Positions 19,601 through 28,578 of a DNA stretch of 64,000 bases are shown here, piece by piece. The first letter of the stretch is position 1, and every line of letters begins with the position of its first letter. The stretch is from Bacilli bacterium (GTDB lineage Bacteria > Bacillota_I > Bacilli_A > RFN20 > UBA1709): positions 576,001 to 640,000 of the forward strand of contig JBMNFL010000001.1 in assembly GCA_050949315.1 (NCBI GenBank), in the 5' to 3' direction. The notes beneath the pieces are model-generated. The model was not told the DNA's origin. It did not search any database and worked only from the letters and a program-made list of their open reading frames with translations. A program made the position numbers and the translations under genes.

Positions 19601-20976
19601 ATCGTTTGAGCACCAACTAACATATCATCCTTAATATTTGTTTTCTCAATAATGTAGGGATCAAGTTTACGTAAGGGATTAACAAATAATTGCAAATGAT
19701 CAATGACAATCCCGTTTTCTACCTTAACCGCCCCAAACTCAATAATCGCATCGTAATGGGTGGATAAGCCGGTTGTCTCTAAGTCAAAAACGACATAACT
19801 AGCGTGTTCTAATTCCTTCACACTGGGATTGATGGCTGGCGTTAAACTATCATCAACGACATAGCCTTCCATACCATAGATAACCTTTATGTCCTTATCC
19901 TTAGCGGCCATCTGAGCCGCTGGGAAGTTTTGAATATTACCGTGATCAGTAATGGCAATAGCCTTATGTCCCCACTTTAAGGCTTGTTCAATATAGGCTT
20001 CGGCTGAAGGGATACCATCCATGGCTGACATGTTGGTATGTAAATGCAGTTCTACCCGCTTTTCTTCAGCCTCATCGCGCCGCTCATCATCAATAATAAC
20101 TTTCTCAACTGAGCGGGGATCAAAAACCCAATCACGGACATATTGGTCATAAATCATACCGCCCTTACAATCAACATAGTCGCCAATTTCTAAACTCTCA
20201 ATAAAGGTTAGCGAAAACTTAGAACTCTCTTTTAATTTAAACATTACCGAATCCGTATCATCGGTAACATAAAAAGAATAAATCACCTTATCATTCCGTA
20301 ATCTAATCTTCTCAATATTAAAGATCCGTGCCAAAAACTCAACGGCAGTATCATCATTGTTTAAGTCCGCTAATTTAATCTTCTCATAGCCTTTTTTAAC
20401 AAAATTAAGGTTGGGTTTAGTTTCTTCAACAATAATTCTTTCAGAGCCAGCTGATCTAATCTGCCCTAATTGATCGCTGATCATATTTTGGATCTCATGA
20501 TCGCTAATCGTTTCAACATTAATCTTAAAGGGATAATCAATACCCACTTGTTGGAACTTCTCCATTAACTTAGGCTTTAGATGAAGAAGGCTACGCTCCA
20601 AAGGTTCTGAATTTAAATTAAAAACTAGCTGCCCCTCTTCTAAAAGGATTTTAATCTTCTTTAGATTGCTAACAAAGGAAACCTGATCAAAGTATTTATC
20701 CAAGAAATAAGAATAATAGATATTGACCATTAACTCATCCGCTGGATGACGTAATTTAAAATTCAAAGACTTAATCTCGGGCCAATTCTCCTGCATGGCT
20801 TTTAAAAAAGCCTCATAAATCCTTAAATCTAAAATGTAATCTAAATTGATAACCACCTTAAAAATCTGGGATTTATTTTTATATTTAGCCCTCTCAATAC
20901 TCGCAGTTTCAAAGGGCGGATAATATTTTGAATCTAATTTGATATGTTTCAAAAAATTTAATAACTCTTTTTGCAT
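16681..20976 (-). CDS. polC: DNA polymerase III PolC-type alpha subunit
   Basis: PHP ELHLHTNMS, exonuclease FDLETTG, GSRGSVGSS, KVPDIDLNF, YMFPKAHA. Confidence 0.98.
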   Translation of the reverse strand: MQKELLNFLKHIKLDSKYYPPFETASIERAKYKNKSQIFKVVINLDYILDLRIYEAFLKAMQENWPEIKSLNFKLRHPADELMVNIYYSYFLDKYFDQVSFVSNLKKIKILLEEGQLVFNLNSEPLERSLLHLKPKLMEKFQQVGIDYPFKINVETISDHEIQNMISDQLGQIRSAGSERIIVEETKPNLNFVKKGYEKIKLADLNNDDTAVEFLARIFNIEKIRLRNDKVIYSFYVTDDTDSVMFKLKESSKFSLTFIESLEIGDYVDCKGGMIYDQYVRDWVFDPRSVEKVIIDDERRDEAEEKRVELHLHTNMSAMDGIPSAEAYIEQALKWGHKAIAITDHGNIQNFPAAQMAAKDKDIKVIYGMEGYVVDDSLTPAINPSVKELEHASYVVFDLETTGLSTHYDAIIEFGAVKVENGIVIDHLQLFVNPLRKLDPYIIEKTNIKDDMLVGAQTILQCLPRIMRFFGDSILVAHNANFDCGFLNQALQAAGLGTLTNPVIDTLDLARGLFPDLKRYSLGSVARYVNINYNEEIAHRADYDAGVLADVYEILLSKCLERGLKHHVDLNNLSQPDLYKSAHPYHMTFLVKNKKGLKNLFKMVSMSNIEYMSSSLPIIPKRRIAEFREGLLIGSACFNGEVFEIAQTRSYEELKKTMEFFDYIEIQPLANYSWLLDTKRILSEERLISILKDIVRAGKELGKLVVATGDCHYLHPRDKIYRDVYINALAVGLKRHPLYDYQQRVKENPDQHFRSTLEMIAAIDFLDDPKLQRELVITNTNLIADLIEEVEPVKDKLYTPSIPNVDAQAEIEKLCFARMHELYGPNPPKLVVERLNMELDKLRQYGYGVIYYLAYRLVQKSREDGYLVGSRGSVGSSLVASLTGISEVDPLPPHYLCPSCHHVEFFTDGSVKSGFDLEDKACPKCGTIMNSNGQNIPFETFLGITGDKVPDIDLNFATEYQAEAHNYTKVLLGENNVFRAGTISTVADKTAKGYVRNYFESINRNTFREAELSRLAKGCMDVKRTTGQHPAGIIVVPLGMDVHDFTPVQYPADEVDAEWKTTHFKFKNLHEEILKLDILGHVDPSALRMLQDLTGVNPEEVPMNDKRVLSLFTGISELGVTAFDIQNNLGTAGIPEFGTPFVKGVLEDAKPTKFSELVQISGLTHGTDVWLGNAQDLIRNRVCSLMDVVGCRDDIMTYLVQMGLERKMAFDIMEKVRKGRGLSQEMEVEMIKHGVPKWYIISCKKIAYMFPKAHAVAYVIMGLRIAWFKIYKPLDFYATYFSLRCNVFDIKAMIAGKEAIYDRLTKIKVMIKERSRDLTQKDQDLVEVLEVALEMTARGYSFDNLSLTKSQAKNFVVDHERGCLIPPMCVIDGLGQTAAESFVRAREEKPFLSKQDLLNRTQINNTQIRALEELHVLDELEEENQLSFKLF

Positions 20977-21052
20977 ATCTTTTCACACCCCCAACATAGT
21001 TTATTATAACTAGAGCCGGCAAATAAAGAAAGGTTAACCTTCCCTCTTTTAA

Positions 21053-22300
21053 TCATCTTATTGGAAAGAAAATGTCTTTAAAAGTAACCACCAGCATAAA
21101 GCCCATCAATAGCAGAAAGCCGATAGCATTGAGAACACCTTCAAATTTGGGATTGACCCTTCTTCTTATCACCATTTCTACTAAGGTGATAATAATCTTC
21201 CCACCATCTAAGGCTGGGAAAGGCAAAAGATTCATAATACCCAAGTTAACACTGATCATGGCGATAAAGAAAAGATAATACATAAAACCAATATCCATAT
21301 AAGTTGTAGCGATACTATACATACCAACTGGCCCGGCCACCGAACTAAAACCTTCACGACTAAATAAATTACCTAAGGCCTTATAGATAGCACTAGCCAT
21401 AGCAACTTCCGTCTTCCCCGCTTTAACAAAGGCCTTCCCTGCATCCATGGTCGCACCATGACAACTAAGACCCAAACTTTCTAAATCAATATAACTACTA
21501 CTATCAATAGCTTTCTTATCCTCATTTAGTTTAATGGTGTAAGGCTGAACAATAGAGACTCTATCATTATCTTCGGTAACCAAGCGAATTTCTAAATTAA
21601 CCGGATTAGGATAAGTATCTAAATTAGGATCTTTAGTCTTCATCCAATCATATAAATAGTTATAAGCTGCTTGATTGACACTTGATAAATGCCGATAATT
21701 ATCGACATCTTCACGATAAGCTCCAGTTAAGAAGTTCTCCTTAATACATTCACCATCATAAAAAAGCACATAAATATCTCTAATCTCATCATCACTTCTA
21801 AGCCCACTATTATAAGCCACTGAATTCTCCACTACATTTACTTTAGCGATTGGCGTTGAAACATAAAAGACCAACATCAAAACAAAGCAAAGAATAATAT
21901 TGAAAAGAGGACCGGCAAACATAATCAGAAGCTTCTTCCAGTTCTTAATTCCTAGTAAGGTCCGCTCAAAAGGAACCTCTGGTAACTCTTCTTCTTTCTT
22001 ACGTGGTCTTACTTCTTCCTCATTTAACTCAGTAACCTCACTTATATCTTCTTCAAGTTCTTCTTTTTCATTGCGGCTAGCCTGAGTATCATTTTCCCCC
22101 GCCATCGAAACATAACCGCCTATTGGCAGTAAACGAAGACTATACTTTGTTTCCCCAATCTTCTTCTGGGCGATTTTAGGTCCCATAAAAATAGAGAATT
22201 CATAGACATAAACTTTAAAAAGTTTAGCAAACAAAAAATGCCCAAACTCATGAAAAAAGATTAAAAACGATAATCCTAAAATAAAATATAGAATTTTCAT
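21053..22300 (-). CDS. rseP: RIP metalloprotease RseP
   Basis: HEFGH, LLPIGGYV, NLLPFPALDGG. Confidence 0.93.
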   Translation of the reverse strand: MKILYFILGLSFLIFFHEFGHFLFAKLFKVYVYEFSIFMGPKIAQKKIGETKYSLRLLPIGGYVSMAGENDTQASRNEKEELEEDISEVTELNEEEVRPRKKEEELPEVPFERTLLGIKNWKKLLIMFAGPLFNIILCFVLMLVFYVSTPIAKVNVVENSVAYNSGLRSDDEIRDIYVLFYDGECIKENFLTGAYREDVDNYRHLSSVNQAAYNYLYDWMKTKDPNLDTYPNPVNLEIRLVTEDNDRVSIVQPYTIKLNEDKKAIDSSSYIDLESLGLSCHGATMDAGKAFVKAGKTEVAMASAIYKALGNLFSREGFSSVAGPVGMYSIATTYMDIGFMYYLFFIAMISVNLGIMNLLPFPALDGGKIIITLVEMVIRRRVNPKFEGVLNAIGFLLLMGFMLVVTFKDIFFPIR

Positions 22301-22302
22301 AA

Positions 22303-23451
22303 CTACTCTCCTTTCATTTGTTCAATAATTTCCCAAGCCTGTTTTTTACATTCTTCAATAACTAACATCAGGCTTTCATAACTATCAACTGGACGATTCT
22401 TTGTCGTCTTAACTACTTTTTCTATTACTTCTACGATTTGATAAAAAGCTAATTTATCTTCTAAGAAGGCCTTAACGGCAACTTCATTGGCTACACTATA
22501 AACACAGGGCATAATACCCCCCATCTTGCCTACCTTATAGGCTAAGGCTACAGCCTTAAAGCGTTTTTGATCAATCGGCCTAAAGTGCAGACTAAAAGCC
22601 TCATCAAAGGATAAGCGTTGATCTTCTTTAACCAAACGTTCACCAAGGTTTAGGGCATACTGTATAGGTATTTCCATAGAAGGAACCCCAAGTTGCGCTT
22701 TGATGGAGCCATCAATAAATTCAACCATAGAATGAATAATACTCTCATAATGCATCACAGCTGCAATCTTTTCATAGGGCATATCAAAGAGAACATGGGC
22801 TTCGATAATCTCTAAACCCTTATTGACTAAAGTGGCACTATCAATGGTAATCTTAGGCCCCATCTGCCAGGTTGGATGCTTTAAAGCCTCCTTTTTAGTT
22901 ACCCTTTTTAAATCCTCTAATGAATAATCACGGAAGGGTCCACCTGAAGCAGTGATAATTAGACGTTTAACCGCTTTCTTATCTTCACCCACCAAACACT
23001 GGTAAATCGCACTGTGTTCACTATCAATCGGCATTAATTTAACGGGATGTTTCTTAAGTTCTTTTCTTAATAAATTGCCCCCACAAACTAGGGCTTCCTT
23101 ATTAGCGATTGCTAAATCCTTATTAGCCTTTATGGCTTCTAGACTCGGCCTTAAGCCTATATAACCGCTAAGCGCGTTGACGATGATATCGGCTTCCTTA
23201 TAACTTGCAAGTTTTGCTAAGCCCTCTTCACCACTACAAACGATAGGAACTTGAAACTTCTCTTCATCTTCTTTCTTACCAACACAAACCGCTTTTAAAG
23301 ATGGGTGCTTCTTAATAAGGCTTTCTAAAAAAGAAAGCCGCGAATTAACGCTAGCTCCAACTAGACAAAATAGCTGGGGATTGTCTTCAATCACCTTGAC
23401 TGTTTGCTGACCAATCGAGCCACTAACACCTAAAATAACCACGCGTTTCAT
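22303..23451 (-). CDS. dxr: 1-deoxy-D-xylulose 5-phosphate reductoisomerase
   Basis: LGVSGSIG, ANKE, PIDSEHSAI, TASGGPF, WQMGPKITIDSAT. Confidence 0.97.
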   Translation of the reverse strand: MKRVVILGVSGSIGQQTVKVIEDNPQLFCLVGASVNSRLSFLESLIKKHPSLKAVCVGKKEDEEKFQVPIVCSGEEGLAKLASYKEADIIVNALSGYIGLRPSLEAIKANKDLAIANKEALVCGGNLLRKELKKHPVKLMPIDSEHSAIYQCLVGEDKKAVKRLIITASGGPFRDYSLEDLKRVTKKEALKHPTWQMGPKITIDSATLVNKGLEIIEAHVLFDMPYEKIAAVMHYESIIHSMVEFIDGSIKAQLGVPSMEIPIQYALNLGERLVKEDQRLSFDEAFSLHFRPIDQKRFKAVALAYKVGKMGGIMPCVYSVANEVAVKAFLEDKLAFYQIVEVIEKVVKTTKNRPVDSYESLMLVIEECKKQAWEIIEQMKGE

Positions 23452-24299
23452 TAGGAAAAGGCCCCCATGCTAACAAAGCCATAAACGGCAATAAAAATTA
23501 AAATATTAAAAAGTAAACTATCAATACGATCTAAGATCCCCCCATGTCCTGGTAGAAGAGTTCCAAAATCCTTTAATTGTAACTGCCGTTTAATAGATGA
23601 GAAAATCAAATCGCCACAAACTGCCCCAATGGCTAGAATTAAGGAAAAAATAGGAATCAACCAAAAATAGGTGTCCGTAAAGGGGAAGATAAGAAAGAAG
23701 ATAAAACCTAGAATAGTGGTGATGCCAACACCGCCAATAACCCCTTCCCAAGTCTTCTTAGGAGAAGTTATTGGGGCAAATTGGTGTTTACCAAAAAAGC
23801 GCCCTGTTAAAAAGGCAAAGGTATCACAACAATAGGTGCAGAAAACAACATAGGCCAAAACATTAAGCCCTAATTCTTGTCTAATCATAATAAGACCCTG
23901 ACCTGCTAAACAGATAAAAAAGGTCATGGTAAAGAGATAATAAACGTCATTCATCATAAACTTTTTAGTACTGACCTCAACCGTTAATAAACCGATTAAA
24001 AAGGCAGCGATAGCGATAACGTTAACCCGAATTTGATAAGGATTGGGAATAGTAAAAAGTTCAGCGGTTTGGTCAATATAACACATGATAAACCACCAAA
24101 AAAGCATCATTAAGGCCCCTAGCATGGTCACAATATAGACAGCAGGATTCCAATTACGATTTTTGCCGGTCCTTAGAATTTCAATAACTCCTCCAATACA
24201 GCCAAAAGTAACTAGACCAACAGTCCACCAACCGCCTAAATAAATTAAGGGGACAGCAATGGCAATGAGAATGATTGCCGTTATAACTCTTTTTTTCAT
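23451..24299 (-). CDS. cdsA: Phosphatidate cytidylyltransferase
   Basis: SPKKTWEG, GDLIFSSIKR, KDFGTLLPGHGGILDRIDS. Confidence 0.96.
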   Translation of the reverse strand: MKKRVITAIILIAIAVPLIYLGGWWTVGLVTFGCIGGVIEILRTGKNRNWNPAVYIVTMLGALMMLFWWFIMCYIDQTAELFTIPNPYQIRVNVIAIAAFLIGLLTVEVSTKKFMMNDVYYLFTMTFFICLAGQGLIMIRQELGLNVLAYVVFCTYCCDTFAFLTGRFFGKHQFAPITSPKKTWEGVIGGVGITTILGFIFFLIFPFTDTYFWLIPIFSLILAIGAVCGDLIFSSIKRQLQLKDFGTLLPGHGGILDRIDSLLFNILIFIAVYGFVSMGAFS

Positions 24300-24311
24300 A
24301 GCTCCTTTGAT

Positions 24312-24860
24312 TTAAATCGTCATTAATTCTTTTTCTTTAACTTTTGCTAGTTCATCAATTTTTTTAATAAACTCGTCTGTTTTCTTTTGAACTTCGCTTT
24401 CTAGATGCCGCTGGCGATCTTCAGACAAACTTTTGTCCTTCTTTAAACTATCATTGGCACTGCGGCGAATGTTACGAATTGAAACTTTGGCATTTTCAGA
24501 ATATTTGCCTAAAAGTTTAACATATTCTTTTCTTCTTTCTTCTGAAAGAGCGGGAATATTTAAGCGAATGACCGTACCATCATTATTAGGTACTAAACCA
24601 ATATTCGCGCTTTGAATTGCCTTTTCAATTGCTTTTAAAGTCTCTTTTTCATAAGGCTTAATCATAATCTGCTGGGGCTCAGGAATCGTAACCGAAGCCA
24701 CTTCACGTAAGGGCGTTGGGAAACCATAATACTCTACCCTTACTAAATCTAAAATGGAAACATTGGCACGTCCAGTCCTAATTGTCGCAATGTCTTTAGT
24801 AAACGATTCAACGGACTTTTGCATGCTCATTCCTAAATCTTCAATAAATTGTTCGGCCAT
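24312..24860 (-). CDS. frr: Ribosome recycling factor
   Basis: IRTGRAN, YYGFPTPL, RNIRR; ATG at 24860 after AAAGGAG. Confidence 0.97.
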   Translation of the reverse strand: MAEQFIEDLGMSMQKSVESFTKDIATIRTGRANVSILDLVRVEYYGFPTPLREVASVTIPEPQQIMIKPYEKETLKAIEKAIQSANIGLVPNNDGTVIRLNIPALSEERRKEYVKLLGKYSENAKVSIRNIRRSANDSLKKDKSLSEDRQRHLESEVQKKTDEFIKKIDELAKVKEKELMTI

Positions 24861-24861
24861 T

Positions 24862-25581
24862 TTATTTCTCCTTTCCAATGTAGCTTCCCATCGTGCTACC
24901 ATTTACTACTTTAACAATGTTTTCTAAATTATTAACATTAAAAACCCTAATGGGAATTTGATGTTTCTTACAAAGAGCAATCGCCTCTAAATCTAGGGCT
25001 TTTAATTCTCTATCTAAAAATTCATCATAACTCAACTTGGCTAAAAACCGAGCCTTGGGATTGGTATCAGGATCGCTATCATAAACGCCCTCAACCCCAT
25101 CTTTACCTGCTAATATAATCTCGGCTTTGATATCTCTAGCCCGCATAGCAGCGGCGGTATCAGTTGAAAGAAAAGGCTTGCCAGTCCCGCCCCCAAAAAT
25201 CACCACATGACGTTCATCAATCAGGCGATTGGCCTTAGCAGCACTATATTTTTCAATAACACCTTTTATGGGTAAAGCACTCAGTGCCTCGGCTGGTACA
25301 CCCACACTTTTAAGCACATCTTTTAATACCAAGGAATTGATAATTGTAGCGGTCATTCCCATATAATCTGCACTTTCACGATCTAAACCAAAATCTTTGG
25401 CAACGCGTCCACGCCAAATATTTCCACCACCAATAACAATACCTAAATCGACTCCTTGTTGGTGGATCTTCTTAATAGTCAGCGCCAACTTCTTGAGGAT
25501 CTTGCTATCAAGAATGTCATTATCCTGACTACCTTTTAAGGCCGCTCCTGATATTTTTAATAGGACTCTTTGATAAGCCAT
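24862..25581 (-). CDS. pyrH: UMP kinase
   Basis: RVLLKISG, GGGNIWRG, DYMGM, STDTAAA; ATG at 25581 after GGGAGG. Confidence 0.96.
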   Translation of the reverse strand: MAYQRVLLKISGAALKGSQDNDILDSKILKKLALTIKKIHQQGVDLGIVIGGGNIWRGRVAKDFGLDRESADYMGMTATIINSLVLKDVLKSVGVPAEALSALPIKGVIEKYSAAKANRLIDERHVVIFGGGTGKPFLSTDTAAAMRARDIKAEIILAGKDGVEGVYDSDPDTNPKARFLAKLSYDEFLDRELKALDLEAIALCKKHQIPIRVFNVNNLENIVKVVNGSTMGSYIGKEK

Positions 25582-25639
25582 AACTTGAGCCTCCCTTTGA
25601 AAAAATGGCACTTTGAAAGGTGCCATATCTCAGATTTTT

Positions 25640-26527
25640 TTATTTGATTTGTGATAGAACCTCTTGGGCAAAATCATCTTCGCGCCGTTGCAAGCCTTCA
25701 CCAACGGCATAGCGAACAAAACCGACAACTGCACTGCCTTTATCAGCAACATACTTGCCAACCTTAAAAGTTGGTTCTTTAACAAAATCTTGTTCATTAA
25801 GACAGAGTTCAGCTAAGCTCTTACGGACTTTTCCTTCTAAGATTTTAACCAAAGCCTGCTCGGGCTTGTTAGCTAATTTAGGATCATTCTTAGCTGCCGC
25901 TAATTGAATGTGTTCTTCGTGTTCAACAACATCCTTTGGTATATCATTCATACTGACATAACTTGGTGATAAGGCGGCCACATGCATGGCTAAGTCGCGA
26001 GCAAGTTCTTCTTGATCTTGGCCTTCAACAACGGTGAGAGCCGCAATCTTGCCACCCATATGAACATAAGCGCCAAAACTCTCGCTATCTTTTTTATTTA
26101 CAACTTCAAAACGGCGGAAACTAATCTTTTCGCCAATAGTAAAGGTCGCATCTGTAATCACTTCTTGAAGCGTACCTGTTTCCATTTTAACTTTTAAAGC
26201 CTCTTCCATATTGGCTGGTTTAGCCGCTAGTACTGCGGCGGCCAAAGCCTTAACAAGCTTTTGAAACTTCTCGTTCTTGGCCACAAAATCAGTTTCAGAA
26301 TTAACCTCAATAACAACAGCCGTATTAGCAGCCACGGCGATTTCTGTTAAACCTTCAGCGGCAATACGACTCGCTTTCTTTGCGGCTTTAGCAATACCTT
26401 TTTCCCGCAACCAATCAGCCGCTTTATCAACATCACCATCACAGGCCACTAGTGCATTGCGACAATCAACAACACCAGCTCCCGTTGCTGCCCGTAATTC
26501 TTTAATATTTTCCATTGTAACAGCCAT
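25640..26527 (-). CDS. tsf: Elongation factor Ts
   Basis: ELRAATGAG, EVNSETDFVAKN. Confidence 0.98.
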   Translation of the reverse strand: MAVTMENIKELRAATGAGVVDCRNALVACDGDVDKAADWLREKGIAKAAKKASRIAAEGLTEIAVAANTAVVIEVNSETDFVAKNEKFQKLVKALAAAVLAAKPANMEEALKVKMETGTLQEVITDATFTIGEKISFRRFEVVNKKDSESFGAYVHMGGKIAALTVVEGQDQEELARDLAMHVAALSPSYVSMNDIPKDVVEHEEHIQLAAAKNDPKLANKPEQALVKILEGKVRKSLAELCLNEQDFVKEPTFKVGKYVADKGSAVVGFVRYAVGEGLQRREDDFAQEVLSQIK

Positions 26528-26551
26528 TTTCTTTTCCTCCTCTATGTCAAA

Positions 26552-27838
26552 CTACTCTTCTTCTTTAACTTCTTCTTTGACTTCTTTTTCTAGGCCTTTT
26601 TCTACTTTTTCTTCAACTTTTACTTCTTCAGCAGGTTTTTCTGCTTTTTTAACTTTTTTAACAACTTTTTCTGTTTTTTCTGTTTTTTCTGCTTTTTCTG
26701 CTTTTATTTCTTTTTCAACAGGTTCTTCTACTTTTTCCGCACTTACTTCAGCCTTAGGCTTTCTTGGAGCCCGAGGCTTTTTTGCTTTCTCGGTCGTTTT
26801 TTCTACTGATTTAACCTCAACTTCACTGCTTTCTTCAACTTCAGTTTCGCTGGGTTCATCTTGTCTAATTTCTGTTTTCCGAACTGGAGTAGTGCGTCTA
26901 CTTGCTCCAAAGCGCCGGGCCTGTTGTTGCTGCCTACGGGCAATGCTAGCCGCTCTACGTGCTTGCTGTTTTGCTTCTTCGGCCCGATCAGCATTAGCGA
27001 TAACATCCGTCATCGTGGCTTCTTCACCTTCATCTTTAGTATACGCAACAAGTGTTTGACCACCTTTAGCCTCAACAACGGCATCCGCTAAAACGCTGAC
27101 AATTAATTTGATAGATTTACTCGCATCATCGTTAGCTGGGATAATATAATCCACTAAATCAGGATCAGAATTGGTATCAACAATACCAAAAACAGGAATA
27201 CGCAATTTCCGGGCTTCATTAACCGCATTTAACTCAATGCGCGGATCAACAACAAAAACCGCCTGAGGTAATCTACGCATCTCTTTAATACCACCTAGGG
27301 TCTTTTCTAATTTTTCTTTCATCTTTAAAGTCTGGGCGACTTCTTTCTTTGGCAAGACATTGAAAGTTCCATCATTTTCCATGATTTCAATATCTTTTAA
27401 ATATTTAATCCGTTTTTGGATGGTTTTAAAGTTCGTCAAGGTTCCACCTAACCAACGGGTGGTAACATAGAAAGAACCTGAACGTAAAGCTTCTTCTTTG
27501 ATAATATCTTGGCTTTGTTTCTTGGTGCCAACAAAAATCACTTTGCCACCATCACTGACGATTTTCTTTAAAGCTTGATAAGCTTCGGTAATTTTTTCAA
27601 CCGTCTTTTCTAAATCAACAATATAGATGCCATTACGTGCCGTATAGATATAGGGCTTCATCTTAGGATTCCATCTTCTGGTCTGATGACCAAAATGAAC
27701 ACCGGCTTCCAACAACTTTTTCATCGTGATAATTGGAGCATCAGGGGCTGGTAAAAGTTCTTCCATTCCCTCCTGCTCTTCTTCTTCAAGCATCTCTTCC
27801 TCTTCTTCTTCAACTACAACTTTTTCTTCTTCACTCAT
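26552..27838 (-). CDS. rpsB: 30S ribosomal protein S2 with acidic N-terminal and long E/K-rich C-terminal extensions
   Basis: [34 protein letters not shown]; ATG at 27838 after AAAGGAGG. Confidence 0.97.
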   Translation of the reverse strand: MSEEEKVVVEEEEEEMLEEEEQEGMEELLPAPDAPIITMKKLLEAGVHFGHQTRRWNPKMKPYIYTARNGIYIVDLEKTVEKITEAYQALKKIVSDGGKVIFVGTKKQSQDIIKEEALRSGSFYVTTRWLGGTLTNFKTIQKRIKYLKDIEIMENDGTFNVLPKKEVAQTLKMKEKLEKTLGGIKEMRRLPQAVFVVDPRIELNAVNEARKLRIPVFGIVDTNSDPDLVDYIIPANDDASKSIKLIVSVLADAVVEAKGGQTLVAYTKDEGEEATMTDVIANADRAEEAKQQARRAASIARRQQQQARRFGASRRTTPVRKTEIRQDEPSETEVEESSEVEVKSVEKTTEKAKKPRAPRKPKAEVSAEKVEEPVEKEIKAEKAEKTEKTEKVVKKVKKAEKPAEEVKVEEKVEKGLEKEVKEEVKEEE

Positions 27839-27845
27839 CTTATGA

Positions 27846-27948
27846 GCCTCCTTTTTGTTTTTTTCCTCCACTGGTTCGAAACCTCTACACTAAGATTTGG
27901 CACCCTTGCCCATTAGCACAATTAGAAGAAATTCCCAGTGTGTGTGAT
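27846..27948 (-). promoter_or_regulatory. S2 (rpsB) autoregulatory leader RNA
   Basis: Minus strand reads CACACACACTGG...GGTGCC...CCAGTGGAGG, the layout typical of Firmicutes S2 leaders, with CACTGG/CCAGTG closing stem. Confidence 0.6.
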
Positions 27949-28042
27949 ATTAGGCTTTTTATAAAGCCATGATATTTTAACATATAACCCGCTTCCTTTC
28001 AATCTTTTTTGCGAGATTGATAGAAGATTTCTTGGCTTTATT

Positions 28043-28447
28043 TTATTTGATTTCTTGCTCTTCCTTTCGTTTGCCACTACTATCAAAATTTTTCTTTAAG
28101 GCAAAATGGGTGGGAAAAATACTCAAAACAAGAATTAAAATCTGTATTCCAATGATAAGCCCACCAACGGTTCCTATAACCCCCTCACCTTCTTCCATAA
28201 AGAACAACATAGGAATAACTGAAGGTATCAAAATAATGATCCCCACCAATAGCCAAAGCTTGCTGAAATGTTTTTGAGCAAAAGCCCAAGTTTCTTTATT
28301 CTTCATTGATAGTAGGGTACGATAACCGATAAAGAAATTCCTTTGTTTAGGGGCATATTTTTTAAAGACTAAGCCGATGATAATCATCACTAATGGTGTC
28401 AATAAAACCATAACTAACATAAACCACCAAAAGCCCATAAATTTCAC
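28043..28447 (-). CDS. SdpI/YfhL family membrane protein
   Basis: PKQRNFFIGYRTLLSMKNKETWAFAQ motif, 3 TM. Confidence 0.88.
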   Translation of the reverse strand: MKFMGFWWFMLVMVLLTPLVMIIIGLVFKKYAPKQRNFFIGYRTLLSMKNKETWAFAQKHFSKLWLLVGIIILIPSVIPMLFFMEEGEGVIGTVGGLIIGIQILILVLSIFPTHFALKKNFDSSGKRKEEQEIK

Positions 28448-28578
28448 CCCCTTAATATATTAATATTAGCATATTAATACCACTTCTAACAGTATTAGAC
28501 CCAAAATTAAAAACCTCCTTTCGTCTTTGACTACTCGGAGGCTTTTTTAATTAATTATTATTTAAGCATTCAAATGTT

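Noticed and set aside
16681-20976. Intein or unusual insertion in PolC
   Set aside because: 1431 aa is typical and the domain order is canonical
26277-27059. 260-aa plus-strand ORF and other antisense ORFs over tsf/rpsB, polC, ftsK, pdp and MMPL
   Set aside because: Shadow frames opposite highly conserved genes, with no RBS or recognisable motifs
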